The notes: generated by a model not told the origin, from the letters alone. A DNA stretch of 20,000 nt from an uncultured virus (IMG/VR IMGVR_UViG_2924862757_000006) (IMGVR_UViG_2924862757_000006), one strand, 5' to 3'. Shown: positions 9,101 to 16,263, counted from the stretch's first letter. Program-made: numbers and translations.

Positions 9101-12100
9101 GTCGCCTGCCTTGGTTATGTTCCGGGCGGCGGCTCCCTGATTCAGACCAAATATATAACGATGGACGGCAGGCTGGGTGATTTGTACCTTTATTACATGA
9201 TGGCCTGGAACTCTTATATGGAATGGGCACAGGCGTTCAAGAACTACCTTGTCCGTCTGACCGATACGGAGGTAATGGTGAAGGAATACGCCTTTGAGGA
9301 CGTCCTTAAAAGCCAGACAGCCGAGGGTAGTACCCAAAGCCGCCCGTCGGCTGCCGAAATCTATTCACGCGGTATGCCTTACATTGTCGAATGCCCCTAT
9401 GAAGGCTCCGATATAGAAGCACTGGACGGCACCACTTCCACCAGTACGAAGATATACATCACGCTCTATTACTTTGACCCCGAACGCCCGTGGCGTAACT
9501 TCAAGGCCATGAGTGTCCAAACCCGCAACCAGGGAACCACCTCTGCCAAACGCCCGGTAAAGAATAAACGCTACTACCTCGCCAAGAGCAAAGGCAAAAA
9601 CAAGGACACTCGAATCATACTACTTAATCCGGACGATACGACGGAGGAAGGACGCCGTGCAATAGCCTTGGCTGCCATCAACAAAGTACAGGTCGGTGAT
9701 AATACAATCCCGGTCGATGTCATTACCGTAAAAGTCGATTACTCCGATTCCGGTAATGCGAACGACTGCGGCGCCTGTGAAATGATGAACGTTACATACC
9801 GTGCCTTAGGTGGTAACTATATGACACCTGTCCAACGTGCATTTGACGGAACATTTGACAGCGGTGACTTGCATATCGAAGACTTGCAGATGAACCACTC
9901 TACCGCCAATCACCCGGTAGCCACCTATCGGTGTAAGGATGACAGCCTGCAAAACGTCTATTTCCATGCCAAAGGCAACTGGAAAGAAGACAAAGGGGAA
10001 CAGTTCGCCCTCGGCTTCAAAGATACCCCCGGCTATAACAAAGGTTGCCTGAATTATGGTGACTTCATAGAGTTCTTCGGTACTCCTGACGAAACTTTAG
10101 ACGCAATTGAGATACGCTTCAAACAGACTGACGGACTCGATACGGACAGCGTGTACCTGCTTTCCCTGTATTGCGGTAGTTCGTACCGGATAATGAGGTA
10201 TCAGGACAGCTCATGGAAAAAGCAGTCCGGTTCCATGAAGTATGAAAACGGCAAATGGAATGTCACCGGTGACGTCCTGAATCCGGTTGAAGGTTTCGAA
10301 CTTCTTAACTACCAAGGTATGGACTGGTTTCAGGGCGTCGGTTCTGTTCAGGATATGATGGCCATGAAAACGGACAAGTCCTCATGGGTTCAAAAACTCG
10401 TGGATAACGGAACTATCTCTGCTGATACCTTCCCGGCATGGACTTACTACTTTGAATCGCTTGTCGATGATGACCAGCTCGCCATTGATTACGCTTTGGG
10501 TAAGAAAGTGCCCTATAACCTCTACCGATGGTTGCGCTTCTGTGATTCCTGCGATTACTCCAAAGGCGGGAACTGGCAAAGAACATGGAAGGAAAACCTG
10601 TATAAATACGCCTGCCCAGAAAGTGTCTTGAGTTATGACATCTTCACCGACTACCTTGCCGCCACTGACCAACGCGCCAAGAATATGCAGCCGATGTGGT
10701 TCTTGGAAGAGTATGCTTCCGTAACAGACGGTGTGTACAGCTCCGAGGATGCCATGCGCATGTACCTGAATAAAATCTATGACTGCGATACGCTCAATAG
10801 CAAGGACAACGACGGTGGTTGCACGGTTGATGCCGAGGTGGACCCCAACCGGACGAGCGATGAAACATTCACTAACCCTTATGCTGGCTACGGCTCCGTT
10901 CTGTTTAATAACATCTATCTCCAGCAAGTAGTGTGGACTGACTCATCCGGTACGGAACTCTCCCTGCGTACCGTTGCCGCCGCCATGCGTAACGTTCAGG
11001 CGACCATTGACGGCGTCACCCTGCACCCGTTCTCACCCGAAGGAGCTACGCATTTCTTCATTGACAAACGGCTCAAAAAATGGCAGAAACTGGTTAGTTC
11101 TTACGATGGTGAACGGAAATACATCTCCTATACAGCCACTTCTGACGCTATCTACTTTTATGCCCTGCAAGGTCTTGGACTTACTGCCCTTCCGTCCTTC
11201 ATTGAAAGACGTTGGCGTATTCGTGACGGCTATTTCCAAACCGGTGATTTCTTCAGCGGTGTAATTTCCGGGCGCGTATCTTCCAAATCAAACGCCACCA
11301 TCCGGATTGTCGCTGCTAAAAACGGTTACTTCGGTGTCGGCAATGACGCTAGCGGCAACCTTTCCGAAAGCTGCTTCCTTGAAGCGGGCGAAGAATATGT
11401 ATTCACCAACTTCTCACATGAGGAAGGCGCCTTGCTGTATATCTATCAGGCTGACCGCATGAAGCTGCTCGACCTGTCTGAAATCTCCCTGTCAAGTACG
11501 GTGAGCTTCTCCGCCATGCAACTTGTGGAAACCCTTATCTTGGGCTCTGACACCCATACAGAACAATCCATCGGTTCTTACGCACCGCTTACCTCGCTGA
11601 ACTGCGGCGAAATGCCCTTCCTCGTATCACTCGATATCCGGAACACACAAATCGCTACGCTCGTTACCGACAAATGCCCACGTATCGCCCATATCAATGC
11701 GTCCGGTAGCAAACTGGAGAACATCACTCTTGCAGAGACTTCTCCGATTAATGACATCTCTCTTCCAGCAACAATGACAAGCCTCCGTTTTGTCGGTCTT
11801 CCTGAACTGACCTATACCGGTCTTTCCGCCCCGTCCGGCCTGCAAATAGAATCCATGCCGAACGTCCAACGCCTGCGTCTTGAAACGTCGCCTCAACTTG
11901 ACGCCATTCAGATGCTCCGTGACGTCCTCGCTTCACAAGCGGCATCCCGTAAACTTTCCATGCTCCGTATCTCGAACATGACCCTGAAGGCTGACGGCTC
12001 CGAGCTTCTTGCCATTCTCGAATATGGAGTTGCCGGAATGGATGAGGACGGCAACAGACAGGATAAACCGGTAGTCAACGGCACGTATGAACTGACAGTT

Positions 12101-12355
12101 ATCCGTGAAACGGATGAAATCGAATCTCTTGAATCCGGTATCGACGGCCTTGTCATCCTTACCGTCATAGATGCCTACATCGACCTGATCAACTGGTTCA
12201 ATAATGAGTCTTATGGCGGGGAACCGTACTACGATAACGTAACGCTGGACAACATCAATGAAGTCCTTGAATATTATAACGGCGAAACCTACGAAGAATA
12301 TCTCGAACGCTTCGCTGAAGACAATATGGATATTAATGATTTAATCAACAAGTAA
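6182..12355 (+). CDS. large multidomain tail/adhesin protein (2057 aa): Ig-like region, LamG-like domain, CotH-kinase-like domain, leucine-rich repeats
   Basis: Uninterrupted 6.2-kb ORF with Gly-rich linkers (GNGGGGS, GTGGGGQTGG). LamG-like ITVAVVVE...MKLFLNGEE; CotH-like RNQGTTSAKRPVKN, DYLAATDQRAKN and KIYDCD; LRR-like MKLLDLSEI, LVSLDIRNTQI and IAHINASGSKL. Confidence 0.65.
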   Translation: MTETEKQQIISLVLQALKTNSLTIEQLTDTTELSKDMYVEVSGGRKISIDLLSSTIAKMVNGDFDALVENVNKIAKDLSDGDAELLKRITGVSDKSNPLTDPFKSIGSFTTIGSFKDKLKTMYSGDSSIGNYRCILSVDLSKIPVNIQIERLELDKVCQSFTSCIQLATMSDNAEGVYLGTVCTISRIGIVSNESVTWGKWTSVINDFEERIGKANGIAPLNEESKVPSECLPEPLSLGEGEEEAFPGNRGKSLEDTMKNIPSDIIKPGSFSVLSDASYLNVYFKKVSKTTGKETDDSFRLPSATLEQAGLLSAEDKQALEDMKSGTPADDVTHPIVIVDEIRPLKDGHYTLETAIAAIVSYQQESGVKYERTGLIITYKTGEYEMETRQFQGAVSDFATPSLWKPFGNGGGGSVVETSDEPAEGGKDAFSTGGAYAYVPANLDVNVETEGIVKLQMKNAAGETLGDEVQFAIGTGGGGQTGGTIVAIAFQSTPVYGSYGSTLRTFAAIRSVTSNGVESSDNLIEKLELVDRESGLTVWTETVNKASSGDMKDFSFELDFTAYFTAAGTRKFKLIATDESGNTGSKNVNVTAVDITCTCVQVLNYTPETLLTPTTESFSLPLYKFGNNTSDKGISAQVDIKINGEWQSLSTTVVNDNYSHSVVIRPASLGLEHGTYPLRIQGMDVASGVKGNVIYTAVMVIDPNSSTPLVALRYDDKNGGVVRLYETVELDVACYDPLEMTSPVSVKANNVQVTQIAASRNKTYQVKQQLQGYKADGTDTVNYTAVCKDVTSEPVRVTVSGSAIDAAIKEGAIYNFDFSSRTNQETDHSIVSGNYEMKVDGANWTTNGFGTFLGENCLRVAENVGVSLNHAPFAGSSIESNGAAIQFAFASKNVTDDDALLLSCYDETSGAGFYVTGRVVGIFCNNGVSRREERAYRQGEKITVAVVVEPASNYVERDGTRYSMMKLFLNGEEVACLGYVPGGGSLIQTKYITMDGRLGDLYLYYMMAWNSYMEWAQAFKNYLVRLTDTEVMVKEYAFEDVLKSQTAEGSTQSRPSAAEIYSRGMPYIVECPYEGSDIEALDGTTSTSTKIYITLYYFDPERPWRNFKAMSVQTRNQGTTSAKRPVKNKRYYLAKSKGKNKDTRIILLNPDDTTEEGRRAIALAAINKVQVGDNTIPVDVITVKVDYSDSGNANDCGACEMMNVTYRALGGNYMTPVQRAFDGTFDSGDLHIEDLQMNHSTANHPVATYRCKDDSLQNVYFHAKGNWKEDKGEQFALGFKDTPGYNKGCLNYGDFIEFFGTPDETLDAIEIRFKQTDGLDTDSVYLLSLYCGSSYRIMRYQDSSWKKQSGSMKYENGKWNVTGDVLNPVEGFELLNYQGMDWFQGVGSVQDMMAMKTDKSSWVQKLVDNGTISADTFPAWTYYFESLVDDDQLAIDYALGKKVPYNLYRWLRFCDSCDYSKGGNWQRTWKENLYKYACPESVLSYDIFTDYLAATDQRAKNMQPMWFLEEYASVTDGVYSSEDAMRMYLNKIYDCDTLNSKDNDGGCTVDAEVDPNRTSDETFTNPYAGYGSVLFNNIYLQQVVWTDSSGTELSLRTVAAAMRNVQATIDGVTLHPFSPEGATHFFIDKRLKKWQKLVSSYDGERKYISYTATSDAIYFYALQGLGLTALPSFIERRWRIRDGYFQTGDFFSGVISGRVSSKSNATIRIVAAKNGYFGVGNDASGNLSESCFLEAGEEYVFTNFSHEEGALLYIYQADRMKLLDLSEISLSSTVSFSAMQLVETLILGSDTHTEQSIGSYAPLTSLNCGEMPFLVSLDIRNTQIATLVTDKCPRIAHINASGSKLENITLAETSPINDISLPATMTSLRFVGLPELTYTGLSAPSGLQIESMPNVQRLRLETSPQLDAIQMLRDVLASQAASRKLSMLRISNMTLKADGSELLAILEYGVAGMDEDGNRQDKPVVNGTYELTVIRETDEIESLESGIDGLVILTVIDAYIDLINWFNNESYGGEPYYDNVTLDNINEVLEYYNGETYEEYLERFAEDNMDINDLINK

Positions 12356-12357
12356 CT

Positions 12358-13146
12358 ATGACGAATGAACAAAGCGCAACGCTGCTTCGCTTGAATAAAC
12401 AGGCACAAGTAGCAGCACTGAACGCCGTTGGATTCTCGGATATCACCGAGAATTCCCGCGCATCTGAATTTGGACAACGTATCAAGTGGGCTGCCGGCCT
12501 GCTTGATTTGAATCTTGCCTGTAACCGCATCTCGGATAACTCCAAATGGTATTTCACCCGTGAGGAATGGGATTCCCTCACGGTTACCAACAAACAGTTG
12601 TTTATCAAACGCGGTCTTCGTATCCGGGCACATGGACACTCCTTCGTAATTTCCGCCCAGGAGTGCTATAATGCCGACATGACTACCACCTTCTACTGGG
12701 GCGGTCAGGGCAAAGCCATAGATGGCCTGAATCAAAAAGGACTGGGCGCCATGTATGGCTGCTTCACGGGTGAGGAAGATACTGACCTCATTATCGCAAC
12801 TCTGAAAGACCAAAATAATAGTGGTGTGATCGGTGCGCCAGCTGCCGAAGCCGCCCGTGCATACCGTGCCTACACTTTGGAAAGTGACGGTATCGAGGAT
12901 GAATCTAACTGGTTCCTTCCTTCATCCGGCCAAATGCTTCTGATGTACCGCTATCGCGATAAAATCAATGAGATGATGCGTACCTTTTGGAGTAGTGACA
13001 GTATGCTGATGACTGATAAATACTACTGGTCATCAACAATTTGGGATACTAACTCCGCCTGGGCGTTCGAACTGAATACCGGGCGTATTACGAATCAAAA
13101 CAAAAATTCAAATCTTCTCCATGTGAGAGCTGTTGCTTCTGAATAG
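12358..13146 (+). CDS. C-type-lectin-fold (DUF1566-like) receptor-binding protein; paralog of the DGR target
   Basis: WFLPSSGQM...YYWSST...AW...HVRAV CLec signature; aligns over its length with 13172..13981 (RLNKQxQVAAL, GAPAAEAARAY, TLESDGIED). Confidence 0.75.
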   Translation: MTNEQSATLLRLNKQAQVAALNAVGFSDITENSRASEFGQRIKWAAGLLDLNLACNRISDNSKWYFTREEWDSLTVTNKQLFIKRGLRIRAHGHSFVISAQECYNADMTTTFYWGGQGKAIDGLNQKGLGAMYGCFTGEEDTDLIIATLKDQNNSGVIGAPAAEAARAYRAYTLESDGIEDESNWFLPSSGQMLLMYRYRDKINEMMRTFWSSDSMLMTDKYYWSSTIWDTNSAWAFELNTGRITNQNKNSNLLHVRAVASE

Positions 13147-13171
13147 TATTAACCTAAAATTATATAATAAA

Positions 13172-13981
13172 ATGGATAAAAATATCGCTAACGCAATGCT
13201 TATGCGCCTGAATAAACAAGACCAAGTTGCAGCTTTGCAATCAATCGGTTTTACAACCGTCAATGAAAATACCCCGGCGAGTGACATCGCCAAGTATATG
13301 CAATGGGCAGGTACGCTTCTTGACCTTTCTTTGGCTACTCTCCGAATTGAAGACGGTGAACAAGTCTTTTTCACGGCTTCCGAATGGAACTCCATGAGCG
13401 CAAATAACCGCTCCAAGTATATCCGTATTGGCATCCGACTTCGTGCCGAATGCCACCAGTTCATTATCGCCAAAAGTGACTGCGTTGACGCAGGCGGCAA
13501 CAAAACGTTCAAATGGGGTGGCTACGGAACCGACTTACGCGGCCTGAAAAACTACGGTAGTGGTAACCAAGGACTCTATGATACCTTCGACGGCAAGGAA
13601 AATACCGATGTTATAATAGAAACCCTTGCAGGCGTCAAGGACACCCAGGGAACTGTCGGCGCCCCTGCCGCCGAAGCTGCCAGAGCCTATAAAGCCTGTA
13701 CGCTTGAATCTGACGGAATTGAAGATACAACCGTGTGGAACCTGCCCGCATTGGGAGAACTTATGCTTATGGCCAAGTATAAAACCGAAATCAATGAGCT
13801 CATAACTTCTATGTTTGGTAATCAAAATATGTTTACAAACGATTGGTATTGGTCTAGTACCGAATATGACGCTTCCAGCAGTTGGGCCGTGGGCTTCCTC
13901 GGCGGCAGCGTCAACACGTACGGCCGCCAGGGCGCGTACCGGGTTCGTCCCCTCGCCGCAATAAACACTTTATCCCTTTAA
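13172..13981 (+). CDS. DGR target protein, C-type-lectin-fold tail receptor-binding protein with C-terminal variable region
   Basis: WNLPALGEL...WYWSSTE...W...RVRPLAA CLec signature; 3' end holds the VR matching the TR. The ATG at 13172 was chosen because it aligns with the paralog's start (the ORF track begins at 13133). Confidence 0.92.
   Translation: MDKNIANAMLMRLNKQDQVAALQSIGFTTVNENTPASDIAKYMQWAGTLLDLSLATLRIEDGEQVFFTASEWNSMSANNRSKYIRIGIRLRAECHQFIIAKSDCVDAGGNKTFKWGGYGTDLRGLKNYGSGNQGLYDTFDGKENTDVIIETLAGVKDTQGTVGAPAAEAARAYKACTLESDGIEDTTVWNLPALGELMLMAKYKTEINELITSMFGNQNMFTNDWYWSSTEYDASSSWAVGFLGGSVNTYGRQGAYRVRPLAAINTLSL
13871..13960 (+). repeat. DGR variable repeat (VR)
   Basis: 90-nt ungapped match to 14628-14717 with 15 mismatches, each opposite an A in the TR. 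Confidence 0.97.
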
Positions 13982-14010
13982 TTCTTTATCCCTTAGAGAG
14001 TTAGCTAAAT

Positions 14011-14032
14011 AAAAGCCCCGACAGGGGCTTTT
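14011..14032 (+). other. DGR target-recognition hairpin (may also act as a terminator)
   Basis: AAAAGCCCC-GACA-GGGGCTTTT perfect inverted repeat, 50 nt downstream of the VR; the 4-nt loop fits the GRNA pattern of DGR hairpins. Confidence 0.8.
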
Positions 14033-14080
14033 CAGTTTCACTTTTTTGAGCTAAAATTGTGTTAATTGCTTTACAGTTAT

Positions 14081-14088
14081 TAACTTTG
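14081..14088 (+). promoter_or_regulatory. putative -7 promoter box for avd-TR-RT
   Basis: TAACTTTG matches TAnnTTTG and ends 39 nt before the avd ATG; the -33 element is imperfect (ATTG at 14056-14059). Confidence 0.55.
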
Positions 14089-14127
14089 CGCCCTCTAATA
14101 CATACATTAAAATATTAAAAAATTAAC

Positions 14128-14535
14128 ATGGCACTTACACAAGACCTTCCTATATCAAATTCGATGTATAAGCTTCTGAACCTTATCATTGATGCCCGGC
14201 AACAATTCCCCAAGGCGTTCCGGTATGAATTTGGTACGGAGTTGATGATGCTTGCCGTCCATTGTTGCGAATATATCCGTTATGCAAATACAGATATGAA
14301 CCTTGAGCACCGTGCAGATTATCTGATGAAGTTTTTGTGTGAGTTTGATGCATTGAAATTACTGCTAAGAGTGTGTGAAGAACGACATTTGACCAGCCTG
14401 ACTCAAACTGCCGAAATCTGTCTGCTTGCAGAGAGCATCGGTAAGCAAAGTACCGGTTGGTACAAAAAAACGGTTGCAGATCTCCAACGGCAAAAAGCTA
14501 ACGGATCGCAACAAGTCGCAAAGCCGGAGTCATAA
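14128..14535 (+). CDS. avd: DGR accessory variability determinant (Avd, four-helix bundle)
   Basis: 135-aa helical protein with LPI...QFPKAFRYEFGTEL motif, located between the target gene and TR/RT. Confidence 0.88.
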   Translation: MALTQDLPISNSMYKLLNLIIDARQQFPKAFRYEFGTELMMLAVHCCEYIRYANTDMNLEHRADYLMKFLCEFDALKLLLRVCEERHLTSLTQTAEICLLAESIGKQSTGWYKKTVADLQRQKANGSQQVAKPES

Positions 14536-14549
14536 TCGCCAAGGGGATT

Positions 14550-15971
14550 ATGAGTGAGCAATTAGAATTATTTATTGGGCATCCCCCCGGTGATGAGCCG
14601 GGAAAGACTAAGATAGCGGATGCAACGGCTTCCAGCAGTTGGAACGTGAACTTCAACAACGGCAACGTCAACACGAACAACCGCCAGAACGCGAACCGGG
14701 TTCGTCCCCTCGCCGCAACAGGTAATATAATCTATGACATACTTCTTAGCAGTATTTTCGAAGCATCCGAAGATTGTGCCAGGCAGAAAAGAACGAGTAC
14801 GGATTGTGTTGAGTTCTATAATGATTATCAGTCCGCATTGGTGCGGCTATGGTATTCTATTATTTACGGTGAATATGTACCGGACTTTTCAAAAGTATTC
14901 ATACGGACTTACCCGGTATATCGGGAGGTTTTTGCCGCCGCTTTCATTGATCGTGTTGTCCATCACTGGATCGCTCTTCGTATCGAGCCGATCTTAGAGG
15001 AACGCTTCCGGGAACAAGGAAACGTCTCCAAGAACTGCCGGAAAGGTGAGGGATGCTTGTCTGCCGTGCACTATCTGAATAACATGATAGTCGAGGTCAG
15101 TGAGAATTATACTGCCGATGCGTACATTTTCAAAGATGACCTGTTCAGTTTCTTCATGTCTATCTCGAAATCGTTGGTATGGGAAATGCTGAACATATTC
15201 GTAAGGGACAATTATAAAGGCGATGATATTGAATGTTTGCTTTACCTTCTAGCCGTTACTATCTTTCATTGTCCACAAAATAAGTGTATCAGACGCTCTC
15301 CCGTCTCCATGTGGGACAAACTTCCCAGTAATAAAAGTCTGTTTCATAATGACCCTGACAGGGGAGTGGCTATCGGGAACCTGCCGTCACAACTCATAGC
15401 TAACTTCTTGGCGTCTGTTTTCGATTATTATGTAATGGTGATGTTAGGATTCAGGCATTATGTACGCTTTGTTGATGACTTTTGTATTGTGGTGAAATCT
15501 CCGGAAGAAATATTGTCCAAAGTCCATCTTCTTGATGGTTTCCTGAAAGAACAACTCCTTTTACGGTTGCATCCACGCAAACTGTATCTTCAGCATTATA
15601 AAAAAGGAGTCTTGTTTGTAGGGGCGTTCATTTTGCCTGGTAGAATTTATGTATCTAACAGGGTGGTTGGTAACACATATAACGCTGTCAGGAAATTTAA
15701 TAAAATAGCTGAAAATGGATTTGCAGAAGCGTATGTTGAGAAATTTGTGAGTACAATGAATTCTTATTATGGCTTGATGAAACACTTTGCAACGTACAAT
15801 ATCCGCCGTAGAATTGCAGCGATGTTACTTCCTGAATGGTGGGAATATGTTTATATCGAAGGACATTTTGAAAAGTTTGTATTGAAGAATAAATATAACC
15901 ATAGAAAACAACTAATTAAACATATCAAAAAACATGGATCAAAAAAATATCTTACCGCGTGGGATTGCTAA
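14550..15971 (+). CDS. DGR reverse transcriptase
   Basis: RT motifs REVFAAAFIDRVVHH, FKDDLFSFFMSI, GVAIGNLPSQLIAN (DGR-type GNxxSQ), YVRFVDDF and GVLFVG; adjacent to avd and TR. Start codon uncertain. Confidence 0.95.
   Translation: MSEQLELFIGHPPGDEPGKTKIADATASSSWNVNFNNGNVNTNNRQNANRVRPLAATGNIIYDILLSSIFEASEDCARQKRTSTDCVEFYNDYQSALVRLWYSIIYGEYVPDFSKVFIRTYPVYREVFAAAFIDRVVHHWIALRIEPILEERFREQGNVSKNCRKGEGCLSAVHYLNNMIVEVSENYTADAYIFKDDLFSFFMSISKSLVWEMLNIFVRDNYKGDDIECLLYLLAVTIFHCPQNKCIRRSPVSMWDKLPSNKSLFHNDPDRGVAIGNLPSQLIANFLASVFDYYVMVMLGFRHYVRFVDDFCIVVKSPEEILSKVHLLDGFLKEQLLLRLHPRKLYLQHYKKGVLFVGAFILPGRIYVSNRVVGNTYNAVRKFNKIAENGFAEAYVEKFVSTMNSYYGLMKHFATYNIRRRIAAMLLPEWWEYVYIEGHFEKFVLKNKYNHRKQLIKHIKKHGSKKYLTAWDC
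14628..14717 (+). repeat. DGR template repeat (TR)
   Basis: Adenine-rich copy of the VR with ten AAC codons: GCT TCC AGC AGT TGG AAC GTG AAC TTC AAC AAC GGC AAC GTC AAC ACG AAC AAC CGC CAG AAC GCG AAC CGG GTT CGT CCC CTC GCC GCA. Confidence 0.97.
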
Positions 15972-16212
15972 GCCTATCGAGCAACAGTCGGACGGAACCT
16001 GGATTGTGCGTCATCACTTCCGGGTGGTTGGTACCAGTGAGAATGGTGAGGAACTGGTAACTTTTGCCAGTTCGGAATATCCCGAGAAACCTACCTTGCA
16101 ACAGATTCAAAGAAGTATTGACCGTTATCGGGTGTGTCTTACAATGTATGGAGATACGATTTCAGACGAAATAGAAAAGGTTGATCTTTCCGTGTATATG
16201 TTTACGGATTAA
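15934..16212 (+). CDS. hypothetical phage protein (92 aa)
   Basis: ORF overlapping the RT 3' end by 38 nt and followed by a terminator. Confidence 0.6.
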   Translation: MDQKNILPRGIAKPIEQQSDGTWIVRHHFRVVGTSENGEELVTFASSEYPEKPTLQQIQRSIDRYRVCLTMYGDTISDEIEKVDLSVYMFTD

Positions 16213-16235
16213 TAGTTCAATCTGTTGGTTGTTTT

Positions 16236-16263
16236 AGGGGTGCTTTTCAAGCATCCCTTTTTT
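16236..16263 (+). terminator. intrinsic terminator ending the tail/DGR transcript
   Basis: AGGGGTGCTT-TTC-AAGCATCCCT followed by TTTTT. Confidence 0.75.

Larger units (their letters stand above)
13172..15971 (+). mobile_element. complete diversity-generating retroelement (target/VR, hairpin, avd, TR, RT)
   Basis: All canonical components are present in the same order as the Bordetella BPP-1 element, with adenine-specific VR/TR differences. Confidence 0.95.

Noticed and set aside
13050..13140. Second VR in the upstream paralog
   Set aside because: It is similar only at protein-fold level; the DNA differs from the TR at many non-A positions and lacks the GC-rich 3' end. No other TR-like copy was noticed in the window by eye.
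6049..13825. Many minus-strand and alternate-frame ORFs of 60-184 aa overlapping the tail genes
   Set aside because: These are shadow ORFs of long GC-richer genes with no recognisable motifs.
14628..14717. AAC-rich stretch as a microsatellite, or VR/TR as a CRISPR-like repeat
   Set aside because: There are only two copies, no spacer array, and the differences are adenine-specific; the DGR TR/VR explains it fully.
14734..14997. 87-aa alternate-frame ORF starting just after the TR, as a possible frameshifted RT start
   Set aside because: No RT similarity and no evident slippery site; the RT-like residues lie in the 14550 frame.
14550..15971. RT as a group II intron, retron or Abi RT
   Set aside because: The GNxxSQ motif, adjacent avd and TR/VR pair identify a DGR RT; no intron or msr/msd features were seen.
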